The translations under genes and the position numbers were made by a program. From the NCBI RefSeq assembly GCF_006345805.1, contig NC_043009.1:55924001-55988000 (forward strand): a stretch of 64,000 nucleotides of DNA, written 5' to 3'. A model generated the notes under the pieces. It was not told the origin of the DNA. It searched no databases and saw nothing but the letters and a program-made list of their open reading frames with translations. Origin of the DNA: Octopus sinensis (Eukaryota). Below are positions 51,900 to 64,000 of this stretch, piece by piece (the stretch's first letter is position 1; each line of letters opens with the position of its first letter).

Positions 51900-52080
51900 G
51901 TATATGTATATATATGTTTATGTGTATATATATATATATATAAAGTTAATCCAAACATGAAAACACAAAGAGAAAATACAACAATGCGGGGACGTGGAAC
52001 AAATATAGTATTATTGGACGCTAAGGAAGGAAGGGAAGAAGGAGGGTTTTACGTTTCGAGCGGAGCTCTTCGTCAGAAAT
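51660..52080. mobile_element. Penelope-like terminal-repeat remnants
   Basis: 51660-51760 is related to the 62.2-63.2 kb repeat. A hammerhead-like motif lies at 52047-52079 (-). Confidence 0.5.
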
Positions 52081-52083
52081 ATA

Positions 52084-52886
52084 TCTCTACATATAAACGG
52101 CAATTTGTCTGTCTGTGTGTCTGTGTGTCTGTCAGGTTGTACCCTCACCCTGACCACGGCTTTCAACCGATTCTGATGAAACTTGACACACACGTAGCCC
52201 AATGTAATAATTCAAAACTAACGCAGCGAAAATTTTGAAAAGTTCCCCCAGTTCTGAAAAAAAATCGATAAATTCGACATGGGTCGAGAATCTAAGCTTT
52301 TTATATGCAACACATTTTCTACAGACTGTCTAGGGGACGCAACTCGACCTTTTTAACTCTCGGAACACGTGGGGTAAGTATCCCAAAATGTATAAAAATG
52401 TACAAAAACGGCAAAAAAGCGGGCAGCAATGTGAGTGACAACAACGAAAAAGTCAAAAGTGACCAAACTGATCAAACGAATGGAAAAGGTTTTTGATGCA
52501 CACGACAAAAGCGGTTTATAATAAACCAAGAGTTTGCAAGTAGCGTCCAAGGACCCTTAGGGTACGTCAAAAATTTAAGGTAAAACGTTTGGGGTGGTAG
52601 TTATAAAGAAAGTGTAAGCAAAAAAAGTATTCGAATAACTTGCGGCTGCAGCAGCTATTAGCAGAAGTGGCGGTGTTGGGGGTAAAGTCTCGAATGTAAT
52701 TTCTTCCTGGTAGGAATTGGTTGAGTTGAATTATCAATAGCTGTTTGATATTATTTGGGAGTGAAGAGAAGACATTGCAACCTACACATGCGCCTTCGTT
52801 CCCTAGAGGGAAAGGACTAGATTGGGATTAGTCGTTGCCTACTAGGGGCTCTTACATACCCGGGCAACGCCGGGCTATGCTGCTAG
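52084..52886 (+). mobile_element. Non-autonomous Helitron
   Basis: A|TC 5' end, CCCGGGCAACGCCGGG hairpin plus CTAG|T 3' end. Confidence 0.85.
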
Positions 52887-53195
52887 TATATATATATATA
52901 TATATATATATTGGCTAAACTGGCAACATGACCATTCCTAAATACAACAACATATATATATATAATCCGCCCAGTAAGTGTGTGCGCCCGCGCGTATGAG
53001 TGCGTGAGTGTTTATATGTATATGTATGTGTAGCTATGTATGTATATATATGCATGCACGTATGTGAGTGTTTATATGCGTGTATGTACGTTTGTGTCGG
53101 ACTATATACACATGCTTGAGTGCTTATTAATTGCTAGATGCCCCGCAAGAACAAACACACATACACACACACAATGATTATGACATATACCAGGA

Positions 53196-53446
53196 ATATA
53201 TAAAATTTAGAGAAAAACTTCTATTAAACAATTCAGTAGTGAAAGACGTTATTCACACCATATAGAAAACATTATTCTAAAAATCAATAGAGTACATAAA
53301 CAATAAATAGTATTTATTGTTTATGTACTCTATTGCTTTTTAGATTAATGTTTTCTATAGTATGTTTAACTTTTTCTATATGGTGTGAATGACGTATTTC
53401 ACTATTGAATTGTTTAATAGACGTTTTTCTCTAAATTTTATATATA
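53196..53446. repeat. AT-rich palindromic element (~110-bp arms)
   Basis: ATATATAAAATTTAGAGAAAAAC...GTTTTTCTCTAAATTTTATATAT, centred at ~53310. Confidence 0.8.
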
Positions 53447-53508
53447 TATTTGATTTAGAATTGCTAAATTGAATTTTTCCCAGTAAGTTTGGAATTATAT
53501 TCCCTATT

Positions 53509-53602
<94 letters not shown>

Positions 53603-53857
53603 TATCAGAGCGAGTTATAAACAGTAGCTACAACACATCGTGACGCTGATATCGAAAATGGCAAATATATATATATATATTGTTGTCTTTGAATGCTCGG
53701 GATGAGAGAGAGAGGGAGAGAGAGAGTGAGAGTGAGCGAGAGAGAGGGGAGGGAGAAAATGGTTAAGGAAAGAGGAAAGCAGGAAGGAAAAGTCAGTTTA
53801 ACGAAGGAGAGATGTTCGTGAGGTCAGGGACCACCGCAAGAAGCTTGTCAACAGTAG

Positions 53858-53888
<31 letters not shown>

Positions 53889-54069
53889 GAATAGTGGGTG
53901 TAGAGACATGCACATAAGCACGTCTCTCCACATCTTGATACTAGTCACTCACATTAGCCTATGATATTAGCGTTTATAACCACATACGTATCAATCTATC
54001 TATGCCCTACCAATCATATTTTTAAATATGTACGTGTGCGTGTGTTACACCTATGAAATATTAAAGTAG

Positions 54070-54890
54070 TTTAAGGCAGAAATAGGGATGACTTTTTGAT
54101 GTGACGTTTGGTTTTTCGAATAGATTCCATAAGGCTAAACCATTGTATAAGAATGCAGGAGATTGCCAAAATGGTTGAAAGGATCTCCAGACCTTGTAGT
54201 ACCATCAAATTTGGTGTGTGTTAAGGCCATGAGACATCATTCCAGATGTTTGCTTACACCATGGCCTCTAGCTCAATATGATATTATATTGTCGCCTGTT
54301 CCAGGATTCCTCATAAGTCTACTGCCGTCAACTTCAAAGTTATTGAAATAAATGGAATCTCCTCTTTTTGGCAGACTATTGATAAAGATATTTCTTTATT
54401 GCCCACAAGGGGCTAAACATAGAGGGGACAAACAAGGACAGGCAAAGGGATAAAGTCGATTACATCTACCCCAGTGAGTAACTGGTACTTAATTTATCGA
54501 CCCCGAAAGGATGAAAGGCAAAGTCGACCTCGGCGGAATTTGAACTCACAACGTAGCGGCAGACGAAATACGGCTACGCATTTCGCCCGGCGTGCTAAAG
54601 CTTCTGCCAGCTCGCCAAGGAGTTCGCAAATCCGGTACCCAAGATGCACTTTTAGTTTCATACTAATTTTTACTGGAGTAAAAGGAAACACACCAACCCG
54701 TCTGGAGCAAAGTATGGTTGAACTTGGAACCTTGGGGAGAGAATGCAAATCCTTTATTCATATTCATGCGCTACAAATGATCACGATGCCTGGGATTATT
54801 AAATTCTGAAAAACCTTCATAAGATTTAAAGGGTGGCGATTAAATCAAGATACTTTCCTTCATAGCCTTACTACCAAGTCATTGGCCGGT
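54070..54890 (-). other. Candidate endogenous viral element: degraded RNA-virus RdRP, interrupted by a SINE
   Basis: One frame reads FEVDGSR (54335-54318, motif A-like) and then, ~45 codons later, DGTTRSGDPFNHFGN (54206-54162, motif B-like). It has stops, and no GDD was seen. Confidence 0.45.
54391..54616 (-). mobile_element. SINE family 1
   Basis: Consensus match. It splits the candidate EVE. Confidence 0.88.
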
Positions 54891-55508
54891 CAAAATATAC
54901 ACTAAATTAAAAAAGAGAAAGATAAAACATATACACACCGTTTATGTGTACGTGTGTCTCGAACGTATCAGTTTACTGAGTAATTGGTCCTCTAGGACTG
55001 TCTCAATATTGAAACACTCTCCCCCATCGACACTGACACCCGCAGCACGTTTAGTTCCGTGTGTTGCTGTTTTGACGCCCAAACCCCAAAACGTGTTCAT
55101 GATTTATAGACTCACGGCTAATTGATGTAATAACCTGTTCAATGAATTGAACGAACAAGTCATTGCTACCATAAAGGAACTGTGCCAGAATTCCTAAAGG
55201 CCGTTCTTAATCCCTTACCCTGCAGTTGTTCAGTGTATGCGACACGAGGGCCGTGTGGTAAGAAGTCTGCTTCCCAACCTCATGGTTCCGGGTTCAGTTC
55301 CAGGATATGACATCTTCGGCGAATATCATCTGCTATAACAAAAACCTTTATAAGTGGATTTCATAGACGGAAACTGAAAGAAGCCCTATATATATATATA
55401 TATATATAAAAGAGAGAGAGTGTGAGAGAGAGAGAGAGTGAGAGAGAGAGAGTGAGAGAGAGAGAAGGAGAGAGTATATGTATGTATGTACTAAATCCAC
55501 TCATAAGG

Positions 55509-55552
<44 letters not shown>

Positions 55553-56616
55553 TGTCGAATGCTCTACAAGTCCGATCGTTATGCATGCGTGTTATTGATT
55601 GTTGTATTTGTCTTTGTAATTGTTGTTGTATATTTTCAAATAGTGGAAGTTAATAAATTCGCCATATTACACCTGTGGGACCCTACTGTATTGATATGTA
55701 ATACGAACCCCGTTGCCGCCGCCCTGCGCCACGCTGCCGCCTCCGGTGTATTTTCCATAAGCCATTTTGTTGATATCCGTAACTAAATGCTATCGACATT
55801 TTGCTCGATGCTCCAACGATTCTCCTAAACCACCGCTCCTTTCTGCGCGCACGGGTGGGTGGATGTATATATGTTTGGGGGCGGGGAGTATACATATCAC
55901 CCCCAGTGTAGTAAATATTAAATTTTAGGCAAGTTTTGAGAAATCCCAAATCTTATCACTTTACTGATTGATTGATCCTATAGGACTGATTCAGTATTTC
56001 TAAGATATCCTACACCCAACAGCTTCCGACCGAAACACCTCCAGCATGTCTAGCCCACCAATATGCAAGTAGTTTGTTATGACGCCTACAATGACAACCT
56101 ATTTATGATTTATAGATTCATCACGAATGGATAGAGTAACATGTTTACTGATTTGAACGAACAAGTCATTGCTACAATAAACGAGCAGTCACTGGCAGAA
56201 CTTATAAAGATGTTACTTAAACTTTTGCACTGGCGTGGTAGCGTTTTATATCATGGGGTCAGTTTTTAAGTGTGTTTTTTCCCTTGGCTTCGAGTTTGCC
56301 GCTTATATAGCAGACCCAAATGTGGTGACACCATAAAACCATCGCCCGAGGCGGACCATTCCACTCTTTTGCAAAGTTACATTACTAACCCTTTGTATTT
56401 TGTAGAATTTTAGGTTTTAAACTGGATTATAGCATGCCATTTACTTGCCTACCTTTGATCTCCACGACGACTCCTGATGGTGTCATAGGAGCAATGACGT
56501 GATATGCGGCGTGTCTTGGGTAATTCTAAACCGGGTGAAATGCATCATCTCTACCAAGACTAAACGTAACGATTTCCTTGCAGAGAGAAAGTAATAATAA
56601 GGGCACTCAGAGAGTG

Positions 56617-56960
56617 CAAACCTCCGCCAAGGCAACACCAACGTTCTCTCAACGATTAGCCAAGGATGATCTTTAAAATGAGAATATCTGAAATAAACTC
56701 GACTGCTCTCACAAACGAGAATACTAAAATGAACCCGACTGCTCTCAAAAATTTAGTAAAGAAACAGGAAAGATAATCCAGAATCCTTGTCCGGTACCGG
56801 ATCGATCCCTAAATCTATTCAGTTCGTGCCAGTCACAACACCAAACATCTCTGAAAGTTTCATCCGAATCCATCCACAAAGCGGTTCTTGAGATATCTTG
56901 TTCTCAGACAAACAAACACGACTGAAATAATACTTCCGCCTTCGCCAAAGCGGAGGTAAT
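56617..56960. mobile_element. Helentron-associated-type non-autonomous element
   Basis: AGGGCACTCAGAGAGTGCAAACCTCCGCCAAGG at one end and CTTCCGCCTTCGCCAAAGCGGAGGTAAT (subterminal repeat/hairpin) at the other. Confidence 0.55.
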
Positions 56961-57994
56961 AGTCATGTCTGATTAGGTACAAGGCCTGAAATTTAGGGGC
57001 AAGATATTAGTCTATTACATTGACTACTATGCGTTAGTGGTACTTACTTCATCGACCCCGAAAGGATGAAAGATAAAGTGAACCTCGGCGGAATTTGAAC
57101 CCAGAACGCGAAATCGGACGAAATACTGCTAACCATTTCGCCCGGCATGCTAACGATTTAAGTTCATGGAAATAATTTGAAATTAAGTGTTTTGCTCAAC
57201 AACACAATCCACTGACCAGTCAGGGAATCGGAACTAGGAACTTACGATAGTGAGTCCAAAGTTCTAACCCCGAGCCCAAGCGTTTCTGCAAATTAAATTA
57301 AACACTTTCAGAAAGAGAGATTTGAGTTAGGCTGAAGTCATACTTATTACAGAAATAGGTTAAAGTTTGTATGTTTATTTCTCATGTATACTTATGCCAG
57401 AGCAATATGTCAGCACATTGTACACCCTGTGAAGATAAGTATCACACGTCATAGGGATTACACTATGCGACATAGAAAACATTAAAAATAATCGGAAAAT
57501 ATATATTCTTATCATCTGAACACTTGTATATATTTTTTTCTACGTTTTTGTGCATGTGGTTCTTTTTCGTCATTACTGCAATAAATACGACGAAATTTAT
57601 AATTCAATGAGGAGATTTAATAACATCAAAACACGTCTGAACTTGTTTCCATGTGTGTGTATGTGCGCGCGCGCGCGCTCATGTTTAAAAGCAAACACGT
57701 ATGCGACGTATAGTAGATATCATCACAGCGTGTGCTACTGTGCTGACATTGTTTTGGTATAAGTATTTCGAAAATGGCGAAGACTTAAAAACATGAAAGT
57801 TTTGTGTTCGTTTCCACTGCTGTAAAGAAAAAACAAAAGTTATAAGAGCTCTCAAAATAGATGCTAGTGATATTCTGGGGTCCATACACCTACTGAAAGA
57901 ATTGAAATAATATTTTGAATGATCTACAGATGCTTTTTTTGCTTTTTGTTTTTGTTTATTCGAGTTCTATATGTAATTACATCTTTATATATTA

Positions 57995-58389
57995 CTAGCA
58001 GCATCGCCCGGCGTTGCCCGGGTTTGTAAGGGAAATAACTATATAAGCATTTTTAGAGATGTAAAGTATAATAGCCATCTCAATATGGCTAACCTCAAAG
58101 GGGGGGGATGTTACTGTAGCTTTTTACGTTCTGAGATTTAATAATACATTTTAGAGAGTTACTTCCCTTATATAATAGCAAAAAATGCATTAAAATGGGA
58201 AAAAATGATGGTAAATTTTTTTTTTAATCGTAGACTCATCGTAGATGCGCGCTAATACCCAGAAGGGCTCGATATGAATCACGACTATAAGATACCCGCT
58301 TTTGGTTACACTGCACCGCAAAATGTGGGAGTAGTTAGGAATCTAAATCGTAGGAGACAGACACACAACTTCACTTTTATATATAAAGA
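57995..58389 (-). mobile_element. Non-autonomous Helitron, same family as 23080-23723
   Basis: Same termini and body, with different internal deletions. Confidence 0.87.
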
Positions 58390-58798
58390 TACGCACAAGT
58401 ACATATGAATACACACACACACATAAATAATAATAATAATGAGCAGAAGATAGAAAAGTAACTTGAAGAGTGAGAGTTTAATATATTGCATACTTCAAAG
58501 TAATAAATGCCATGCACGAAACTCTCAACCGCTAAGTCACTTTTGAAGATTAAAAAGAATAATAAAAATAATACACACACATATACGTGTGCGTATGTGT
58601 GTGTGCGTAAACATCGAACAATGAGAATGAGTGCTCAACACCAAATTGAAGGATAAAGATTCTTTAACTGTGTATTAAGGCCACCATTGGTTTCAGTTTT
58701 TCAAGCCGATCGCATTGAAAAATTGGCGTTCGTCTCCACTTTAATCCAAAGTGAAATTCTTCTTAACATGCAACCAATGGTTGCCTTAACAAGCAAAT

Positions 58799-58839
<41 letters not shown>

Positions 58840-58937
58840 GTGTGCGTGTGCGTGCGCGCATATGTGCGCGTGTGTATGTGTGTATAAACTTAATGTAAAC
58901 AGCAGGTTGCAATGTTTCACAAAAAAGGAGAATTATA

Positions 58938-59370
58938 ATTGTCACTAAATGTGACTAGGATGTTAGGAAACACCTACATTGCTAGAAATAAGAGCTAAAA
59001 TGCTCTAATGTTGTAGTTAACGCACATACATGAAAACATATACACTGACAGGGACAATAATTGTCCGAAAAATACCAACCGAGAATTCTTAAGACTGATG
59101 CGTCAGTTTTGGCAATTCCCGTTGCCATCATCAGTTAAGCCAGCTCAGTATTCGGCTATTTCCGGACCTGTTTCTGATGATGGCAACGGAAATTGCCGAA
59201 ACTGACGCGTCAATCTTAAGAATTCTCGGTCGGTATTTTTCGGACAATTCTTGTCCCTCTTTATGTATATGTTTTCATTCGTGTGCGTTAACCACAGCAT
59301 TAGACCATTTTAGGTCTTATTTCTGGCAATCTATGTGTTTTTTAACACCTTAGTCACATTTAGTGACAAT
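58938..59370. mobile_element. Palindromic Penelope-like element with hammerheads in both arms
   Basis: Inverted arms of ~200 bp with a ~30-nt spacer. Confidence 0.8.
59088..59139 (-). ncRNA. Type I hammerhead motif with G12->A, with a mirror copy at 59169-59220 (+)
   Basis: Reads CUUAA-CUGAUGA-U-GGCAA..UUGCC-AAAAC-UGACGCAUCA-GUC-UUAAG. The mirror copy keeps GAAAC but has AUC and has lost the 5' strand of stem I. Confidence 0.75.
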
Positions 59371-59371
59371 C

Positions 59372-59462
<91 letters not shown>

Positions 59463-59465
<3 letters not shown>

Positions 59466-59594
59466 CGCAGGAGTGGCTGTGTGGTAAGTAGCTTGCCTAC
59501 CAACCACATGGTTCTGGGTTCAGTCCCACTGCGTGGCATTTTGGGCAAGTGTCTTCTGCTATAGCCTCGGAAACTGAAAGAAGCCTGTCGTATT

Positions 59595-59643
<49 letters not shown>

Positions 59644-59857
59644 GTGTGTATATGTTTGTGTGCCTGTGTTTGTCCCTCTAGCATTGCTTGACAACCGATG
59701 CTGGTGTGTTTCCGTCCCCGTCACTTAGCGGTTCGGCAAAAGAGACCGATAGAATAAGTACTAGGCTTACAAAGAATAAGTCCCGGGGTCGATTTGCTCG
59801 ACTAAAGGCGGTGCTCCAGCATGGCCGCAGTCAAATGACTGAAACAAGTAAAAGAGT
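59463..59857 (+). mobile_element. SINE family 2
   Basis: Head GGCGCAGGAGTGGCTGTGTGG through tail AGTAAAAGAG. Confidence 0.9.
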
Positions 59858-59939
59858 ATATATACACTCCCCCAACGCCCCAACCACAATGAAAAGAAAG
59901 AAGACGTTGCGGAATTCTGTAGAAAATTACGACTCGGCG

Positions 59940-60518
59940 AGGTACTATGCGACAAATACAACAAGGACGAATCGTTAGTCCGAAACAAAGTAACTACACC
60001 CCATGAAAACGTAACAACAAAATTCTTGACCATTTCTGTGAGCACATCATGAATTGCCCATATCAGCATATGGTAGATAGAGGATAAAAGAAAACAAAGA
60101 TTATAGATATTGCAGTACCTGAGGATGCATGCATAAGTAACAAAGAACTAGAAAAGATGAAAAAGTACAGACTATTAAAAGATGAAATTGCAAGAATGTG
60201 GACTAAGAGGAGAGCGTCTGTCAATCCCAGTTGCTGTAGGGGCACTGGAAGTACTAACAACCAAGTTCGAGAAATATGTCAGAGAAATCGGAATTGACAT
60301 GAGAGCAGGGCAATCCCAAAAATCTGTTCTGCTGGGGACAGCTAGGATTTTGAGATTGGTACATGGATGTTGAATGTCACCAACGATAATTAACAACCAA
60401 GTGTCAAAGCTTATAAGGTGTGGAAAGAGGCCCAGTGAGATCTCTTACAATAGGCTCTCACTGAATCAACCAGGGCAAACAAGACCGAGCACTCTGGGAA
60501 GTACAACAATAATAATAA
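59940..60518 (+). mobile_element. Degenerate R4/Dong-type LINE 3' end
   Basis: Encodes IIDIAVPED...KELEKMKKYRLLKDEIARMW...VAVGAL...LLGTARILR, with an (AAT)n tail. Confidence 0.8.
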
Positions 60519-60920
60519 TCCTTTCTACTATAGGCACAATGCCTGAAATTTGCGGGGAGGGGCAAGTAGGATACATAGATCCCAATGCGTAGCTGGTACG
60601 TACTTATTTCATCGACTCCGAAAGGATGCAAGGCAAAGTGGAACTTGGCGGAATTTGAACTCAGAACGTTAAGGTGGACGAAATACCTATTTCTTTACTA
60701 CCCACAAGGGGGCAAACACAGAGAGGACAAACAAGGACAGACAAACGGATTAAGTCGATTATATCGACCCCTGTGCGTAACTGGTACTTATTTGATCGAC
60801 TCCGAAAGGATGAAAGGCAAAGTCAACCTCGGCGGAATTTGAACTCAGAACGTAACGGCAGACGAAATACGGCTATGCATTTCGCCCGGCGTGCTAACGT
60901 TTCTGCCAGCTCGTCGCCTT
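60519..60920 (-). mobile_element. Two tandem family 1 SINE units
   Basis: Consensus matches at 60519-60690 and 60690-60920. Confidence 0.85.
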
Positions 60921-61388
60921 AATGACAATCTGCCACTGCCCAACTAGCTGTCTTTATCATCGTTTCTGTCGTTGAAATGTCATTGTTGTTTGTTTTAACA
61001 GCGACATCAAGTACCAAAGATGACATTTAATTAATTATAATTATCGACTGATGTAGTCACCACTCAACTAACCTCGCACAGTTTGTCAAATTTGTCACCT
61101 AAAACACGCAGGTCATTCACTTCTTCTAACCTTGAAGTCAATTTTCAGACATAATAATTAACATTTTTTTCAAATAAAGTCTAAATAATATTTGTTCTTT
61201 TAATATTTTTTTTTATCATCAACCCCATTATAAAAGAATTTATTAATATGAAAATACGTTTTTCTCTTCGTTCAAAATATTTTATTGCAAAATCGTTTCG
61301 TAGGGAAAATATTTCTTCAAAACACATGTACAAATACATATACACATACATGCACACACACAAACACAGACACCCACTCACTCACACG

Positions 61389-61432
<44 letters not shown>

Positions 61433-61517
61433 ACAAAAGCATACAGTATGACATACGGCAAAATAAAAGGAAATAAATTTTGAGGATGAACCAATCTCCA
61501 TATTTTCTATCGTTATG

Positions 61518-61578
<61 letters not shown>

Positions 61579-61789
61579 CATACACATACATACATATGTG
61601 CGTCTGTGTGTGTGTGGTGTGTGTGTGTGTGCGTGTGTAGTTACATATACAAAAGATACCATTTGTTTCACATCTACTATTGCACTTTGTAATAGACATG
61701 AAACCAACGGTAACTTATTTGATTACATACAATATAACTGTTCAAAGAGTTTTATTCCAACCTATGGGCAACTGATCGCTTTATGTATT

Positions 61790-61841
<52 letters not shown>

Positions 61842-62041
61842 CACACTAACTGAATAACTTATATATATATCCAAATCCAAAGGATGGAACAAGAACGGTT
61901 GACAATAAAACATACGGACAGATAGATGATAAAAAGACGGACAAGAACAAACAAGGACTGGTCATTCGCAGCAATCTCTTCTCAATCAAAAAAACAGAAA
62001 ATCACACCGGTTTCGGCCAAACACTTTTGCTCACCTTGTAA

Positions 62042-62101
<60 letters not shown>

Positions 62102-62171
62102 GAAATATGTTACGAAAATAAAATATAAAATACACGTGGAAATGTAAGGGTAAAACTGTAAAAATGTAAGG

Positions 62172-62199
<28 letters not shown>

Positions 62200-62207
<8 letters not shown>

Positions 62208-63240
62208 GAATGTTTTTATATATAATGAACGTGAAATACAGGAAGGACGAACACGGAACACAGACAAATCATTCGAAGCCTTCAATCTTCAGTCAGACAC
62301 CGAATCATCATAGCAAATTTCGGCTGTTCAATTCTGATATTTGCTCCAACTCGGCCAGCCCCAAGAAAAAAAACTAAGCTGTAAGCATTAGATTTCTTGG
62401 TAGAAGACAGGAATGTGAACGCACAAGACGGATGTGAATACAAGAGACGAAAACGAAATTGAAAACAGTAATGAAAAAACAAAATGTATATAACGGTGGT
62501 TGTCATACGACTTTAGACCAAATGAGACAAAACAACAACAACATAGCAGCTGGCGTAGAAATAATTACCGTTTCGGTAGCGGGGACACATGTTGGTCGAG
62601 ATACGAAGGCCAACAGAATGGTTGAAGAAGCAGCAGGTCGCAGGAGAGAGAGAAAGAGAGACAGAGAGAGAGGGAATCAAAGAGGGTGGAAGGCAGGGGA
62701 CAGAATCAGTGACCAAGAGAGAAGGAGAAAGAAGGGATTAAGGAGGATGGGAGGAAGAGGGGAGGAGGATGGGAGGAAGAGAGGGGAAGAATCGGAGGGC
62801 GCCAAAAAAGTTTGGTGAAGAAGCAATGGCGGGTAGTAAAAGACAGTGTGTATAGAAGTCGTGCAGGGTTTAAAATTGGACAAACAAACGGGGGGGTGCA
62901 CGTAACGCCGCAATAATATAAGAATGAATGTTTTTATATATAATGAACGTGAAATACAGGAAGGGACGAACACGGAACACAGACAAATCATTCGAAGCCT
63001 TCAATCTTCAGTCAGACACCGAATCATCATAGCAAATTTCGGCTGTTCAATTCTGATATTTGCTCCAACTCGGCCAGCCCCAAGAAAAAAAACTAAGCTG
63101 TAAGCATTAGATTTCTTGGTAGAAGACAGGAATGTGAACGCACAAGACGGATGTGAATACAAGAGACGAAAACGAAATTGAAAACAGTAATGAAAAAACA
63201 AAATGTATATAACGGTGGTTGTCATACGACTTTAGACCAA
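62200..63240. repeat. Direct repeat of ~315 bp (62200-62520 and 62925-63240), Penelope pLTR-like
   Basis: Near-identical copies. ORFs 62282..62506 and 63001..63225 are identical. Confidence 0.8.
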
Positions 63241-63261
63241 TATATATATACACACACACAT

Positions 63262-63845
63262 ACTAACTGAATTACCCGGCGTTGTCCGAATAACTGATGT
63301 TCTTATTCAGATTAGTAAACAATAAATATGAAGATATTTTTTTTCCATAATTATTTTTAAGTATCTATATTTTATTTTAAAATATCCAAATTGTAAGGAT
63401 AATAGAATTTAGAACTGAAAATCTGTCAATCTTGAAGCACCTCAGGGTAAACAATATTCATTGTGTAATTTTTTGTTGATGACCAAATGAATAAATTGTT
63501 GCTGCTTCCAACTCGTGAGCAACCAGCATAAAGTTGGCCGTGGGGGAAGCATGTAGTAGAGAGATGAAGTCTAACTACCTTGAAGGATTGACCTTGAGAT
63601 TTGTTAATTACCAAAACTTAATTTGACTGGAAACTGAAACCTCTTAAATTGAAATGGAACATCTGTAGGTATGAGAGGAAATTTTGGAATAAAGACATTT
63701 TCTTCTTTGTGACTACTTGGTACGATTGTTGCCTGTAGGACATGGGTCTTCATGGAAGTAACAATGAAGTGAGTTCCATTACAGAGGCGATGTGGGTCAA
63801 GATTCCTTAGCAACATAATGGAAGCATCCAGCTTTTGTGTCAAGT
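63262..63845 (-). mobile_element. Helitron 3' end with a PIF1-like helicase C-terminal fragment
   Basis: Encodes IMLLRNLDPHRLCNGT...FKRFQFPVKL / INKSQGQS...HGQLYAGCSRV...NIVYPEVL*. The terminal hairpin CGGACAACGCCGGG plus TTAG|T is at ~63262-63290. Confidence 0.9.
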
Positions 63846-64000
63846 TATGTATGTATGTATGTATGTATGTATGTATGTATGTATGTATGTATGCTTGTAT
63901 GTATGCTTGTATGTATGTGTATGTCAGGTCACTTTCGAGTGCTACTGGTAACATGTAACCCAGTACAACCTGTTGCATGGTTGGGTCGTCGGCGACTAAA

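Overview
This is AT-rich, repeat-dense animal genomic DNA, most likely Octopus or another coleoid cephalopod. That assignment is inferred from the tRNA-derived SINE families and the microsatellite load, and needs a Dfam or BLAST check. The only host genes I can support are a tandem cluster of DHDH-like genes (dimeric dihydrodiol / D-xylose dehydrogenase, Gfo/Idh/MocA family) on the minus strand. Copy B is complete (7 coding exons, 16794-26312, 333 aa). Copy A has coding exons 1-4 (3098-8295); exons 5-7 are not in the window. There are also two pseudogenic remnants: an exon-4 piece at ~30.7 kb and an inverted exon 1 at ~36.3 kb. A and B share a ~92% identical upstream block carrying TATA plus Inr, yet each has changed a different conserved active-site residue (EKP->EQT in A, Asp176->Cys in B). 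The rest is mobile DNA: SINEs, R4/Dong-type and CR1 LINE ends, Penelope fragments, Tc1/mariner/maT/pogo/Tigger/hAT elements, Helitrons and several long palindromes. Two signals were not expected. First, several type I hammerhead ribozyme motifs, one with a fully intact core at 42646-42736, lie in Penelope-like and foldback elements. Second, a degraded segment at 54.1-54.9 kb carries RNA-virus RdRP-like motifs A and B and is a candidate endogenous viral element. All alignments, counts and folds were done by eye. Repeat boundaries are approximate unless a TSD or terminus is quoted.
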